Source: a virus
Virus record (IMG/VR): IMGVR_UViG_3300008954_000022
Location: 31,673 to 95,672 of that record
Length of the DNA stretch: 64,000 bases
Reading direction: 5' to 3' (one strand)
The position numbers and the translations under genes are program-made. The first letter of the stretch is position 1, and the number at the start of each line of letters is the position of its first letter. Below, piece after piece: positions 10,159-19,247 of the stretch. Below the pieces are notes generated by a model. The model did not search any database. It was not told the origin of the DNA and saw only the letters and a list, made by a program, of their open reading frames with translations.

Positions 10159-10432
10159 CGTCAGGACCAGAGTACACGAACAGGGTTTTCTCATTGTTGA
10201 GACTGATACAGGTGCTGATTGTGTGCCTTTAGACTGTCCCATATGTGAGCTAGCCCTACGAGACCGAGACGACATCAGGGCTTTTTACAGGGTTGAGTGC
10301 TGCCGGACCTGTGAGATGCACTTCGTCCAGCCTAACATGGGTAAGTGGGACAGTGGTTGGCGACCCTCTGAGGAAGAAATTATCAGCAGACGACGAGATC
10401 TCAGGGATCATCCGTCATATTTAGTAAAGTGA
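10151..10432 (+). CDS. Small zinc-finger protein
   Basis: CPIC...CCRTC; overlaps the stop of the upstream gene (translational coupling). Confidence 0.6.
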   Translation: MSDVRTRVHEQGFLIVETDTGADCVPLDCPICELALRDRDDIRAFYRVECCRTCEMHFVQPNMGKWDSGWRPSEEEIISRRRDLRDHPSYLVK

Positions 10433-10450
10433 CTAGCAACGGAGACAACT

Positions 10451-10831
10451 ATGTTAAGCGCGAAACACGTTGAAGCAATTGGAAGTGTTCTAACGAACAC
10501 ATTCGGACGCGAAGGAAGTCCATCAGGGGCTACCTCGATAACCCACAGTATGAACGGCGACGTCCTCGTCCTTAAGTTTGTGTCTGTTGTCCACTTCGCG
10601 GAGGAGCGAAGTTTGAGGCTACAGGTTGACAGAGTGACACAGGAATCTGTACAGCTTTTGGGTGACAAGCTAAAAGAGGTCAAGTCGGCCTTCAAGGATA
10701 TTACTGGAGAAGCTCTTAAGGTGAAAGAGATAAACAGTAGGGACGATGTTGAGATGGTGTCGGGAACAGCACACTCGGCCCGAAAGGTTGCCTACTACAG
10801 GCGTAATCACTGGCTACAGATTCTCAACTAG
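10451..10831 (+). CDS. Hypothetical protein, first gene of the packaging/head operon
   Basis: GGAG SD sequence; ATATTTA motif at 10417-10423; directly upstream of terminase. Confidence 0.6.
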   Translation: MLSAKHVEAIGSVLTNTFGREGSPSGATSITHSMNGDVLVLKFVSVVHFAEERSLRLQVDRVTQESVQLLGDKLKEVKSAFKDITGEALKVKEINSRDDVEMVSGTAHSARKVAYYRRNHWLQILN

Positions 10832-10841
10832 CTCTAGGACA

Positions 10842-12437
10842 ATGGCACCGATATCAAAGCAGCGCCAGATCAAGGAAATTATCAAGTGCGGCAAGGATCC
10901 CGTTTATTTTAGCAATCGCTACCTCAAGATCCAGCACCCAACCCGAGGTCTAATAAGTTTCGACACGTATCCCTTTCAGGATGAGTGCCTTCATGACTTT
11001 GTGAATCACAGGTTCAATGTAATTCTAAAGTCTAGACAGCTGGGTATCTCAACCCTGACCGCTGCGTACGCTGTCTGGCTGGCTGCCTTCTACAAGGACA
11101 AGAATGTCCTGATTATCGCCACAAAGCTCTCTGTGGCACAGAACTTCATTCGCAAGGTCAAGGTGGCACTTCGAAGTATGCCTAAGTGGCTTCTTCTCCC
11201 AGAGATCATCGGAAACAACAAGCAGGCAGTGGAGTTCAGCAACGGTTCCATCATCAAGGCAGTTCCAACCTCCGACGATGCTGGTCGTTCCGAGGCTCTC
11301 TCCCTGTTAATTGTGGATGAGGCAGCGTTCATTCGTAACTTTGATGAGCTGTTCACAGGTCTCTACCCCACGCTGTCTACTGGTGGGCGCGCAATAATTC
11401 TATCGACACCCAACGGTGTGGGTGGTCAGTACCACGACCTCTGGGTAAATGCTGCAGGGGGCGAGAATAAGTTTCACCCCATTAGGCTACCATGGGATGT
11501 GCACCCAGAGCGAGATGATGAGTGGTTCTCGAATGAGTGTCGAAATTTAAGTAAGAAACAGATAGCGCAGGAGCTCCTGTGCGATTTTGCAGCATCCGGT
11601 GATACTGTACTCAATAATGAAGACATTGAGTGGCTAGGGTCATCGGTGCGAACTCCTATGGAACGTTGGGGCCCCAATATGGGTGTCTGGGTCTGGAAGT
11701 ACAGTCTCAGCGATCACCAGTATATTATTTCTGCAGATGTCTCCCGAGGCGACTCCGGCGACTACAGTGCATTTCACGTGATTGACACAGGAGAGTCAGA
11801 GATCGTCGCGGAGTTCAAGGGGAAGATTCCACCTGACCAGTTCGCGTCTCTCCTCGCTGAGGCCGGCAAGAGATATAACAATGCTTTGCTCTGTCCGGAG
11901 AACAACACATACGGGTATGCTGTTGTTATGAAGCTTCGAGAGCTAGATTACAGCAATCTATATTTCAAGAACGAGAAGGACAAGTTTGCTGCGATGTATG
12001 GTTTGGAAGAGCCTGACCTTCACAAGATAGGGTTCACCACTTCCGGTCACACCAGGAATCAGATCCTGACTAAACTTGAGCAGGTGGTGAGAAACAGGGA
12101 GATTCGATCGTATTCATCCAGGCTTTACGAGGAGGCCAAGACATTCATCTGGAGGGGCAACAAAGCCCAGGCCCAGAAGGGAAGAAATGACGACCTTATA
12201 ATGTCACTGGCTATCGGGATCTGGTTGTATGACACCTCCCCCGTGCACAGTAAACACGCGTACGACCTGAACAAGGCCATGCTGGATGGGTTCGATGTGA
12301 ATTCTCGGGAGATGGAACGAGACACTCCCACACCCTGGCAGGATAAGTCATACAATCCGTTCAAACCGTTCCAGATTGGCGAGATGCCGGTCTCAGGAAG
12401 TAACCATCCCATGGGCGACCTGGGATGGCTTCTGTAG
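10842..12437 (+). CDS. Terminase large subunit (T4 gp17-like)
   Basis: YPFQ adenine motif, KSRQLGIST Walker A, LLIVDEAAF Walker B, STPNG motif III, nuclease ADVSRG..DYSAF, ENN, and NDDLIMSLA. Start reassigned to ATG 10842 after AGGA. Confidence 0.93.
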   Translation: MAPISKQRQIKEIIKCGKDPVYFSNRYLKIQHPTRGLISFDTYPFQDECLHDFVNHRFNVILKSRQLGISTLTAAYAVWLAAFYKDKNVLIIATKLSVAQNFIRKVKVALRSMPKWLLLPEIIGNNKQAVEFSNGSIIKAVPTSDDAGRSEALSLLIVDEAAFIRNFDELFTGLYPTLSTGGRAIILSTPNGVGGQYHDLWVNAAGGENKFHPIRLPWDVHPERDDEWFSNECRNLSKKQIAQELLCDFAASGDTVLNNEDIEWLGSSVRTPMERWGPNMGVWVWKYSLSDHQYIISADVSRGDSGDYSAFHVIDTGESEIVAEFKGKIPPDQFASLLAEAGKRYNNALLCPENNTYGYAVVMKLRELDYSNLYFKNEKDKFAAMYGLEEPDLHKIGFTTSGHTRNQILTKLEQVVRNREIRSYSSRLYEEAKTFIWRGNKAQAQKGRNDDLIMSLAIGIWLYDTSPVHSKHAYDLNKAMLDGFDVNSREMERDTPTPWQDKSYNPFKPFQIGEMPVSGSNHPMGDLGWLL

Positions 12438-12493
12438 TTTAAGGATTCTTCTCTATGAATACAATCCTACTTAGGGGACAAAGGTAATAGAAG

Positions 12494-14530
12494 ATGGCTG
12501 GCAAGAATACAAATCTCTTCGTTAGACTCACAAAGCTTTTTCGATCCGGCCCGATCATCAAGCGAAGGGTTAAGGGATTCAAGCAGACGACGCCCTACAC
12601 CTCCACAGCGTTGGAGGTCTTTAAGCGTGCACACAGTGATGTCTACAACAGTACAATATCATCGTACGGCGCATTCGATAGAATGTCGAGGTACGCAGAT
12701 TTCAGCGAGATGGAATCAACACCTGAGATTGCTGCAGCTCTCGACATCTACTCTGAGGAGTCAGTTTCTCCAGACGCTAAGGGCCAGGTTCTACACATCT
12801 ACTCTGAGAACAGAAAGATTCAGGGGATTCTCGACTCTCTCTTCTATGAGACACTGAACATTGAGTTCAATCTGTCAATGTGGGTTAGAAACCTCTGTAA
12901 GTACGGGGACTTCTTTCTCTTCAATGATGTCTCACCTGAGTTCGGAGTCATTAATGCCTTTCCCATATCAATCAATGAGATTGAGCGTGAGGAGGGTTAT
13001 GACCCCAATGATCCGGCTGCTGTGCGCTTTCGGTGGATAACACAGGGAAACCAGATTCTGGAGAACTGGCAGCTTACTCACTTTCGTCTGTTGGGCAATG
13101 ACACCTTCCTACCGTATGGATCGTCGGTTCTTGAGGCTGCGAGACGAATCTGGCGTCAGCTAATTCTCATCGAGGACGCGATGCTGGTGTACAGGGTGAT
13201 TCGTGCTCCGGAGAGACGTGTCTTCTACATTGACGTGGGAAATGTTCCTCCGGAGGACGTCGCGAACTACCTCGAGCAGGCAAAGTCTGCCCTCAAGAGG
13301 AACCAGATAATTGACAAGGACACAGGTAAGGTCGATCTGAGGTACAATCCCCTTAGTGTGGATGAGGATTATTTTCTTCCCGTACGCGGTGGAGAGTCAG
13401 GAACAAAGATTGACACCCTGGCCGGTGGCTCGAACACCGCTGCAATTGAGGATGTCGAGTATATTCAGAAGAAGCTCTTCGCTGCCCTCAAGATCCCTAG
13501 AGCGTATCTCGGGTACGATGAGGATGTTGGTGCCAAAGCAACCCTAGCTCAGGAGGATATGAGATTCTCTCGTACAATTCAGAGAATACAGAAGACGATT
13601 ATATCAGAGCTCAATAAGCTGGCAGTGATTCACCTGTATGCACACGGATATGAAGGAGACGATCTCGTCGACTTTCAGATAAAGCTATCCAACCCATCAT
13701 CAGTTGCTCAGCAGCAGAAGCTAGAGCTCATTCGATCAAAGTTTGAGATCGCAGGAGCCGCGCCAGAGGGGCTGGTCAGCCGAGCGTGGATTCGTAAGAA
13801 CATCTTGGAGCTGACCCCCACAGAGATTAAATCTCTCGTTGATGAGAAGATTGCTGATGCTAAGGAAGACGCGGATGTCGAATCTGGAGGAGCAGAGGCA
13901 GCAGCGGCCGCACCGGCAGGTGGTGACGACGCCGGAGGTGACGACGCCGGAGGCGACGAGGGCGGAGGACTTTTCGCAGCAGACCAGCCCGAGGGACAGC
14001 TACTGACAGCTCTTCCCGCCCTTGACGACGACGACGATGACGATGATGAGCAAGATGAGGATGATGAGATCGATCTGAGTTTCTCCATAAAGGACCTTGA
14101 GGCTCCAGCAAAGGCCCAGAATCAGATACGCAATATCTTTAATGAGCCCATCTCTAAGAGTCGAAAGGTGACGTCAGGCCCAGGAAGTACCCACATGCCT
14201 GACTTTGGGAAGATGACATCCACTGGACGTCCAGGTCGCAGACAGGATACATCCAACAAGCCATTTGACGATGACTTTCTCAGAAATCCGTTTGGAGAGG
14301 GCCTGCTTCCAAAGAATGAGTTCATCGATGATTTTCTCGACAAGAAAATCGAGCAGCGTACTAAAATGACCCGGGAGATGGAGGGGATGCTAGGTAAGTT
14401 TCAAAGCGCAATAGGTATTGACCGCGCGGGAATACTTACAGAAGCGGAGGGCATAATGCCACACGAGGATCCTGAAGAGACTGTTGAAGTTGATATAGAG
14501 GAGCTAAGGAGTCAAGGAGACAATGAGTAA
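12494..14530 (+). CDS. Portal protein (T4 gp20-like) with long acidic C-terminal extension
   Basis: EDAMLVYRVIRAPERRVFYIDVGN, EDYFLPVRG..GTKIDTLAGG and YIQKKLFAALKIP are gp20-family motifs. Confidence 0.93.
   Translation: MAGKNTNLFVRLTKLFRSGPIIKRRVKGFKQTTPYTSTALEVFKRAHSDVYNSTISSYGAFDRMSRYADFSEMESTPEIAAALDIYSEESVSPDAKGQVLHIYSENRKIQGILDSLFYETLNIEFNLSMWVRNLCKYGDFFLFNDVSPEFGVINAFPISINEIEREEGYDPNDPAAVRFRWITQGNQILENWQLTHFRLLGNDTFLPYGSSVLEAARRIWRQLILIEDAMLVYRVIRAPERRVFYIDVGNVPPEDVANYLEQAKSALKRNQIIDKDTGKVDLRYNPLSVDEDYFLPVRGGESGTKIDTLAGGSNTAAIEDVEYIQKKLFAALKIPRAYLGYDEDVGAKATLAQEDMRFSRTIQRIQKTIISELNKLAVIHLYAHGYEGDDLVDFQIKLSNPSSVAQQQKLELIRSKFEIAGAAPEGLVSRAWIRKNILELTPTEIKSLVDEKIADAKEDADVESGGAEAAAAAPAGGDDAGGDDAGGDEGGGLFAADQPEGQLLTALPALDDDDDDDDEQDEDDEIDLSFSIKDLEAPAKAQNQIRNIFNEPISKSRKVTSGPGSTHMPDFGKMTSTGRPGRRQDTSNKPFDDDFLRNPFGEGLLPKNEFIDDFLDKKIEQRTKMTREMEGMLGKFQSAIGIDRAGILTEAEGIMPHEDPEETVEVDIEELRSQGDNE
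13922..13966 (+). repeat. 15-bp tandem repeat encoding GDDAG in the portal C-terminal extension
   Basis: GGTGACGACGCCGGA x2 followed by the degenerate copy GGCGACGAGGGCGGA. Confidence 0.7.
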
Positions 14531-15371
14531 GACGCACAACAAAAAGAGAAATGTTGGCATCATATACGAGCAGTTGGTGCGACGTGTCTCCGAAGCGTTG
14601 GTTGAAGGAGACACCCAGACAGCTGACAAGGTGGTGGGAATTCTACGCCGACATTTCGATCGAGACAGTCAACTCTATCGTGAGTTTAGACTGTTCAACG
14701 CGCTAGTAAAGACCACTGTTCCATCTGAGTCACTGGCAACACGAATTCTCACTGAGGCGAAGGAGGCTGCTCAAGATCACAACGCAACGAAGCTTCGTCA
14801 GGAGAAGGCGGCTCTCATTCGGGATATTAATCACACACTGAATGATAGGAACTTCTACAAGACACGTGTTGAGGGGTACCGAACGTACGCAACAATCCAG
14901 ACACTTCTCAATGATTGGCGGGCTGGTAGTCGACTGGGTCGAGTGATTGATTATGAGCAAAAGATTCATGAGTGGCTACTATCAGATGCCCCCACAAGAT
15001 CAATTAATGAGCTTAAGACACCAGGGGTTAACCCCCTTACTGTGAAGATAATGACAGACAAGTTTAATCAAAAGTATGGAAGGTCATTGACCAGTGCTCA
15101 GAAGGAGATCGTCCAGGAGTATGCGTTTTCGAAGTCGCCCAAGAGGGACGATATCGTGAGGGGTATGCTAGCTCGTCAAAAGGATGAGCTTCTCAGGGGA
15201 CTCACCAGCTACGCGCGCGAGTGTAGTAATAAGATACTCCTTGAGAAGATTCCCGAGGTAAGGGAGAAGATAGACTCCCTGGATCTGAGCGAGATGTCTG
15301 ATATGGGCATCTCTCGATTTCTGGTCCTGTCCCAACTGGGGCACGAGATAATGGAGGGCGAAGATGAGTAA
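14523..15371 (+). CDS. Hypothetical head-morphogenesis protein (between portal and protease)
   Basis: 282 aa, predicted helical, AAGGAG SD sequence, overlaps both neighbouring genes. Confidence 0.55.
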   Translation: MSKTHNKKRNVGIIYEQLVRRVSEALVEGDTQTADKVVGILRRHFDRDSQLYREFRLFNALVKTTVPSESLATRILTEAKEAAQDHNATKLRQEKAALIRDINHTLNDRNFYKTRVEGYRTYATIQTLLNDWRAGSRLGRVIDYEQKIHEWLLSDAPTRSINELKTPGVNPLTVKIMTDKFNQKYGRSLTSAQKEIVQEYAFSKSPKRDDIVRGMLARQKDELLRGLTSYARECSNKILLEKIPEVREKIDSLDLSEMSDMGISRFLVLSQLGHEIMEGEDE

Positions 15372-15978
15372 TACGAAACTGAAACTGCTCACTGAGTGGG
15401 TACCGTTTGAGTACACCCAGGAGATGATAACAGAATCGAGGGATTCCAACGGTGGAAAGATTATCCTCAAGGGTGTGCTACAGAAGGCAGGAACTCTCAA
15501 TCAGAACGGCAGGGTTTATCCTTTGCCCATCCTAGAGCGTGAGGTTAGGAACTATCAGAAGTTCATCCAGGAAAATCGGGCCCTGGGAGAGTGCGATCAT
15601 CCAGAGTCAAGCGTTGTGGAGCTCAAGAACGCGTCCCACATCGTGCGTGAGGCCCACATGGAGGGAGATGTGGTGTTCGGAGCCGTTGAGCTCCTAGACA
15701 CCCCAAGCGGAAAAATTCTACAGAGCCTGGTGGAGTCAGGCATTACACTGGGTATCTCAAGTCGCGGCGTAGGTTCGACAAAGGCTGAGGGAGACCACGA
15801 TGTTGTTCAGGACGATTTTCAGCTAATATGCTGGGACTTTGTATCCGAGCCCTCCACGCCAGGCGCATTTATGATGAGAGAAGGACGTATCGTTAACGAG
15901 CACGATCTCAAGACTCACTTTACCAAGTCTGATAGAATTGATAGAATATTCAACGATATACTTCAGTGGGAGGAGTAG
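15364..15978 (+). CDS. Prohead core protease (T4 gp21-like)
   Basis: NQNGRVYP, ALGECDHP, ASH, LLDTPSG, LGISSRGVGS and DFVSEPSTPGA. Confidence 0.92.
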   Translation: MSNTKLKLLTEWVPFEYTQEMITESRDSNGGKIILKGVLQKAGTLNQNGRVYPLPILEREVRNYQKFIQENRALGECDHPESSVVELKNASHIVREAHMEGDVVFGAVELLDTPSGKILQSLVESGITLGISSRGVGSTKAEGDHDVVQDDFQLICWDFVSEPSTPGAFMMREGRIVNEHDLKTHFTKSDRIDRIFNDILQWEE

Positions 15979-15984
15979 GGGACA

Positions 15985-16419
15985 ATGGCAAACTATTATT
16001 CAGGTGATCGAACCAACGTCGGCGTCGGCGGATCCGGCTGGGCACCTACTCACCACGGTTCAGTCTCGGAGTACCAGGGTTCCTGTATTCCGTTTATAAC
16101 GTCGTCGTTGTGTGGCACAGGGGTGCAGCTAATCGAGTTCCCTAGGGTAACACGGTTTATTGTCCTTAGAAACAATCACGCATCAAATACTCTAAGCTTT
16201 GGCTTTACCGAGAACGGCCTAAATGGTGCAGAGACGGAGAACTTCTTCACACTCACAGGTAAGACTGAGACGGGTCGCTTGGAGATCAAGTGTGATAAGA
16301 TCTTCATTAAGGCGAGCGATGCATCAACTAATTTCTCGTTAATTGCGGGAATCACAAATATTGCGAAGGGATCGTTTCTGAACCTCACGGGTTCAGAGGG
16401 CTTCGACGGAGTTGGTTAA
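15985..16419 (+). CDS. Hypothetical small virion protein (possible decoration protein)
   Basis: 144 aa, alternating beta-strand pattern, located in the head operon. Confidence 0.45.
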   Translation: MANYYSGDRTNVGVGGSGWAPTHHGSVSEYQGSCIPFITSSLCGTGVQLIEFPRVTRFIVLRNNHASNTLSFGFTENGLNGAETENFFTLTGKTETGRLEIKCDKIFIKASDASTNFSLIAGITNIAKGSFLNLTGSEGFDGVG

Positions 16420-16424
16420 GATAA

Positions 16425-16895
16425 ATGGCAAAGCTTACGCGCACTAACCTAAAAATGTTAGTCAAAGAGTGCTTAGTGGAGTTACTCGCTGAAGGCCTCT
16501 CAGATAATTCTAGTGTGCTTCGTGAATCACTAGTGAGACACGAGCCTGTAGCACCACCCTCGGTTTCTGGTCGAAGTGGTCGATTCCAGTCACAGCAATC
16601 GCTTCATCCTCCGAAGAATCCTGCACTTGACGGTACGAGGTTCAATAGTGCAGTGGACACTGCGGTCCGTGAGTTAACAAGCAATCCAATGATGGCAGAT
16701 ATTTTTGCGGATACTGCCAGAACAACGCTCCAGGAGCAGAATGCAGCTGGATCACCTGGAGGTGTTGGTGGCGCCGCTGATATGACAGAAGTTTTTGATG
16801 CACCTGGTGGTGATATATCCAGCATGACAGAGTTTGCAGGCGCCTCGAAGAACTGGGAGGCTCTAGCATTCGGTGATGGCTCAAAAAAGCTCTAG
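16425..16895 (+). CDS. Hypothetical internal head protein carrying the N-terminal basic tag
   Basis: Starts MAKLTRTNLKMLVKECLVELLAE. Confidence 0.55.
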   Translation: MAKLTRTNLKMLVKECLVELLAEGLSDNSSVLRESLVRHEPVAPPSVSGRSGRFQSQQSLHPPKNPALDGTRFNSAVDTAVRELTSNPMMADIFADTARTTLQEQNAAGSPGGVGGAADMTEVFDAPGGDISSMTEFAGASKNWEALAFGDGSKKL

Positions 16896-16978
16896 GGTCA
16901 ATCTAGATCCAGAAGATTTTTTGCGAACTTGATATGTATGATATGCGAACACGCTTATCATTGTAGGAGATACAACAA

Positions 16979-17293
16979 ATGGCACGAAGAGTTAGAAGGT
17001 TGACACCCACACTCCTCCGGAGAATGGTCCTCGAGGAAAAGTCTAAATTCGAAAGATCACGACGTCGACGTCGAATTCGTGAGACATCTGATCCTGTAGA
17101 GGCAGGTATTGAAGATCCCGAAAAGGTCCAGGCCGACGAGGTCGAGCCCGGCGATGAGGCTGAGTCCATTGCCAAGGATATTGACTGGATGAGAGCTCTT
17201 AAGATTCAAGAGAGAAAGCTCAGTTCAAAGTTGCGTAGAATTCAAGAGACCAAGAGGCGCCTTAGAGCACGAGTCGTGCGGCGTCTCTCGTAG
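16979..17293 (+). CDS. Arg-rich hypothetical core protein carrying the basic tag
   Basis: AGGAG SD sequence; MARRVRRLTPTLLRRMVLEE; basic-acidic-basic blocks. Confidence 0.6.
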   Translation: MARRVRRLTPTLLRRMVLEEKSKFERSRRRRRIRETSDPVEAGIEDPEKVQADEVEPGDEAESIAKDIDWMRALKIQERKLSSKLRRIQETKRRLRARVVRRLS

Positions 17294-17313
17294 GATATTA
17301 AGGAGATCAAGAG

Positions 17314-17790
17314 ATGCCTACTCACAAGCAAATAACAGTTGAGTCCACACCCACTGAGAGGTTTATGGGACGCTCGGCCAGTAATGACCTGGGCACAGCC
17401 TATCCTGCTTCTCCCATGGTTCTGGGTGATATGACCGATGACGAGAGGCGTCAGTGGTTTCAAGACAATGTTCTGGACGCCGTTATCAATGACGGCGGTC
17501 ACACATTCGGAGAGATTGATACATCCTACACTAATGCTCCCGATCTAGCCGATGTTGAGACAGGCGGAGGTGGGCTGCCCGGAAGCGCACATGTGCCCAA
17601 CCCAGTATCTCCTGGGCCTGGAAGCCACAATCCCGCTGATATTGCTGATCCCCCCGACGGTTGGGGGCTCAAGCCTTCAGACACGTGGGGTTCAGGCGTT
17701 GGCTCTCAACTCCAGCCTAAGGCATCTTCTGAGAAGATCTCCGGACAAACCCTGGGGGCGTATATTCTGGGTAAGTCCTCGGCTGAGTAA
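17314..17790 (+). CDS. Pro/Gly-rich hypothetical virion protein (paralogue of 17796..18395)
   Basis: AAGGAG SD sequence; shares YPASPMVLG, APDLADVE and HVPNPVSP blocks with the next gene. Confidence 0.6.
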   Translation: MPTHKQITVESTPTERFMGRSASNDLGTAYPASPMVLGDMTDDERRQWFQDNVLDAVINDGGHTFGEIDTSYTNAPDLADVETGGGGLPGSAHVPNPVSPGPGSHNPADIADPPDGWGLKPSDTWGSGVGSQLQPKASSEKISGQTLGAYILGKSSAE

Positions 17791-17795
17791 TACTA

Positions 17796-18395
17796 ATGGC
17801 GCAGGAACCAGCCGGTGGACAGATGAACCACGGCACGGTGGTCTTTGAGGGCCCTGCGCCAACAGCCGCATCAACAAATGTTGAGGGTGCTGGTCTAGCA
17901 AAGTCAAATAAGGATCGACTAGGCAAGGGGTTTCCCAACTCCCCTATGTTGGGCGCTGCGCCAAGCTACACCCCGGACGTAGTAAGGGGACTCCATCACA
18001 AGCTAATTACTAATAGTGTAGATGATAAATCCCGAACAGACGCCGCAGGCTACTGGGGATTTTCAGCACCTGAGTCTGATGAGGTTAACCCCTCCAGTAC
18101 TGACATGGTATTTCCTGCCCCAGATGTTAGCGCTGTTGAGGTATCGGGCCCGGACGCTACTCCTCTGGCTAGCCCGTATATTCCCAATCTCCTTCCGCCC
18201 GCTCTAGGCGATGCTAATGACAATCCGGATGGGGAAGCGACTAAAAGCTTTGCAGAATCAAAGACTTCCAGGCCGCCGTTCTCAGGACCGGGGCTTGCGT
18301 CTCCGGATGAGGATGGAATCCTCGGCCGAAATCCGAGCGCTACTTCAGCAGAGATACAGAGCCGACCCTGGCGCACAAAGCCAAGTGACAGCTAA
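17796..18395 (+). CDS. Pro/Gly-rich hypothetical virion protein (paralogue of 17314..17790)
   Basis: FPNSPMLG, APDVSAVE, YIPNLLPP and NPSATSAEI blocks. Confidence 0.6.
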   Translation: MAQEPAGGQMNHGTVVFEGPAPTAASTNVEGAGLAKSNKDRLGKGFPNSPMLGAAPSYTPDVVRGLHHKLITNSVDDKSRTDAAGYWGFSAPESDEVNPSSTDMVFPAPDVSAVEVSGPDATPLASPYIPNLLPPALGDANDNPDGEATKSFAESKTSRPPFSGPGLASPDEDGILGRNPSATSAEIQSRPWRTKPSDS

Positions 18396-18412
18396 ATACT
18401 AATGGCTGATCC

Positions 18413-18961
18413 ATGAGAGAATCTATTGGAGCTCTTAATCAGCATGATGCGAATACAGACTCGGGGTACGGCAGATCCAGCGATCGACTATTCAAACCGA
18501 GGCAGACTGGAAGTCACTTCCCCTATAAGACACCTGATGCGTACGAAGATGACGACGATCTAGACCTGGGTGACTCAGAGGAAGTAATTAGCAAGAAGCA
18601 TAGACCCTACAATGCCAGCGACCCGCTGGCATTCAAAGGAACAACTCCATTTTACTTCGCCGCCGGAAATACCAAACTTTCAGATTGTTTCGAAAGACCG
18701 GATGATGTTCTTCGTGAGGTGGAGAGTACAGGGAAATCAATGTCACCCAAACATAAATCTCCCGGTGTAGGGCGAGGGGCTCACCCATACATGACTGTGG
18801 GCTCAGCCAAGAGAACTGGAACGACCCGAGGTTGGGCCTCTCCTCCACCGCCTGTTAAAACTGATCGTGGCCTTGAAGAGCTCGAGACCAGTGAGGAGCA
18901 GAATCCTCTAGACTGGGTCTTTGATGATCCTCATGAGTCCTGGATCTGGGACGCGAAGTAA
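18413..18961 (+). CDS. Hypothetical protein (head operon)
   Basis: 182 aa ORF packed between its neighbours; ATACTAA variant motif at 18396-18402. Confidence 0.55.
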   Translation: MRESIGALNQHDANTDSGYGRSSDRLFKPRQTGSHFPYKTPDAYEDDDDLDLGDSEEVISKKHRPYNASDPLAFKGTTPFYFAAGNTKLSDCFERPDDVLREVESTGKSMSPKHKSPGVGRGAHPYMTVGSAKRTGTTRGWASPPPPVKTDRGLEELETSEEQNPLDWVFDDPHESWIWDAK

Positions 18962-18965
18962 GAAA

Positions 18966-19208
18966 GTGTCGAAGCCAGTAAATGTCTCAGTTCGCCTCGG
19001 AGGAAAGATTCGAACATCTGAGCAGTTGATAAGACTATTCATAAGGAAGTGCAAGCGAGAAAGAATAGTACAGGAATACAGGGAATCTCTGGTATACGAG
19101 ACAAAAGGTCAGAAGCGCCGCCGAAAGAAGGCGCAGGGCAAAGCTCGGCGCAAGAGAGAAGAGGACAGCAACAAGAGTGATTCTACGAAAGATAAATTGA
19201 GGCGCTGA
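18966..19208 (+). CDS. rpsU: Phage-encoded 30S ribosomal protein bS21 homologue
   Basis: From GTG 18966, PVNVSVR..SEQLIRLFIRKCKRERIVQEYRESLVYETKGQKRRRKKAQGKARR aligns with the bS21 pattern V.VR..E.ALRRFKR.C.K.G.L.E.R.R.FYEKP..KR.RK..A..R. Confidence 0.75.
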   Translation: MSKPVNVSVRLGGKIRTSEQLIRLFIRKCKRERIVQEYRESLVYETKGQKRRRKKAQGKARRKREEDSNKSDSTKDKLRR

Positions 19209-19247
19209 ATCATATTTAGACACAACACACGTGTGAGAGAGAGGATT

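Noticed and set aside
10746-10841. N-terminal extension of terminase given in the ORF track
   Set aside because: It overlaps the upstream gene; ATG 10842 has an SD-like AGGA and matches the expected N-terminus.
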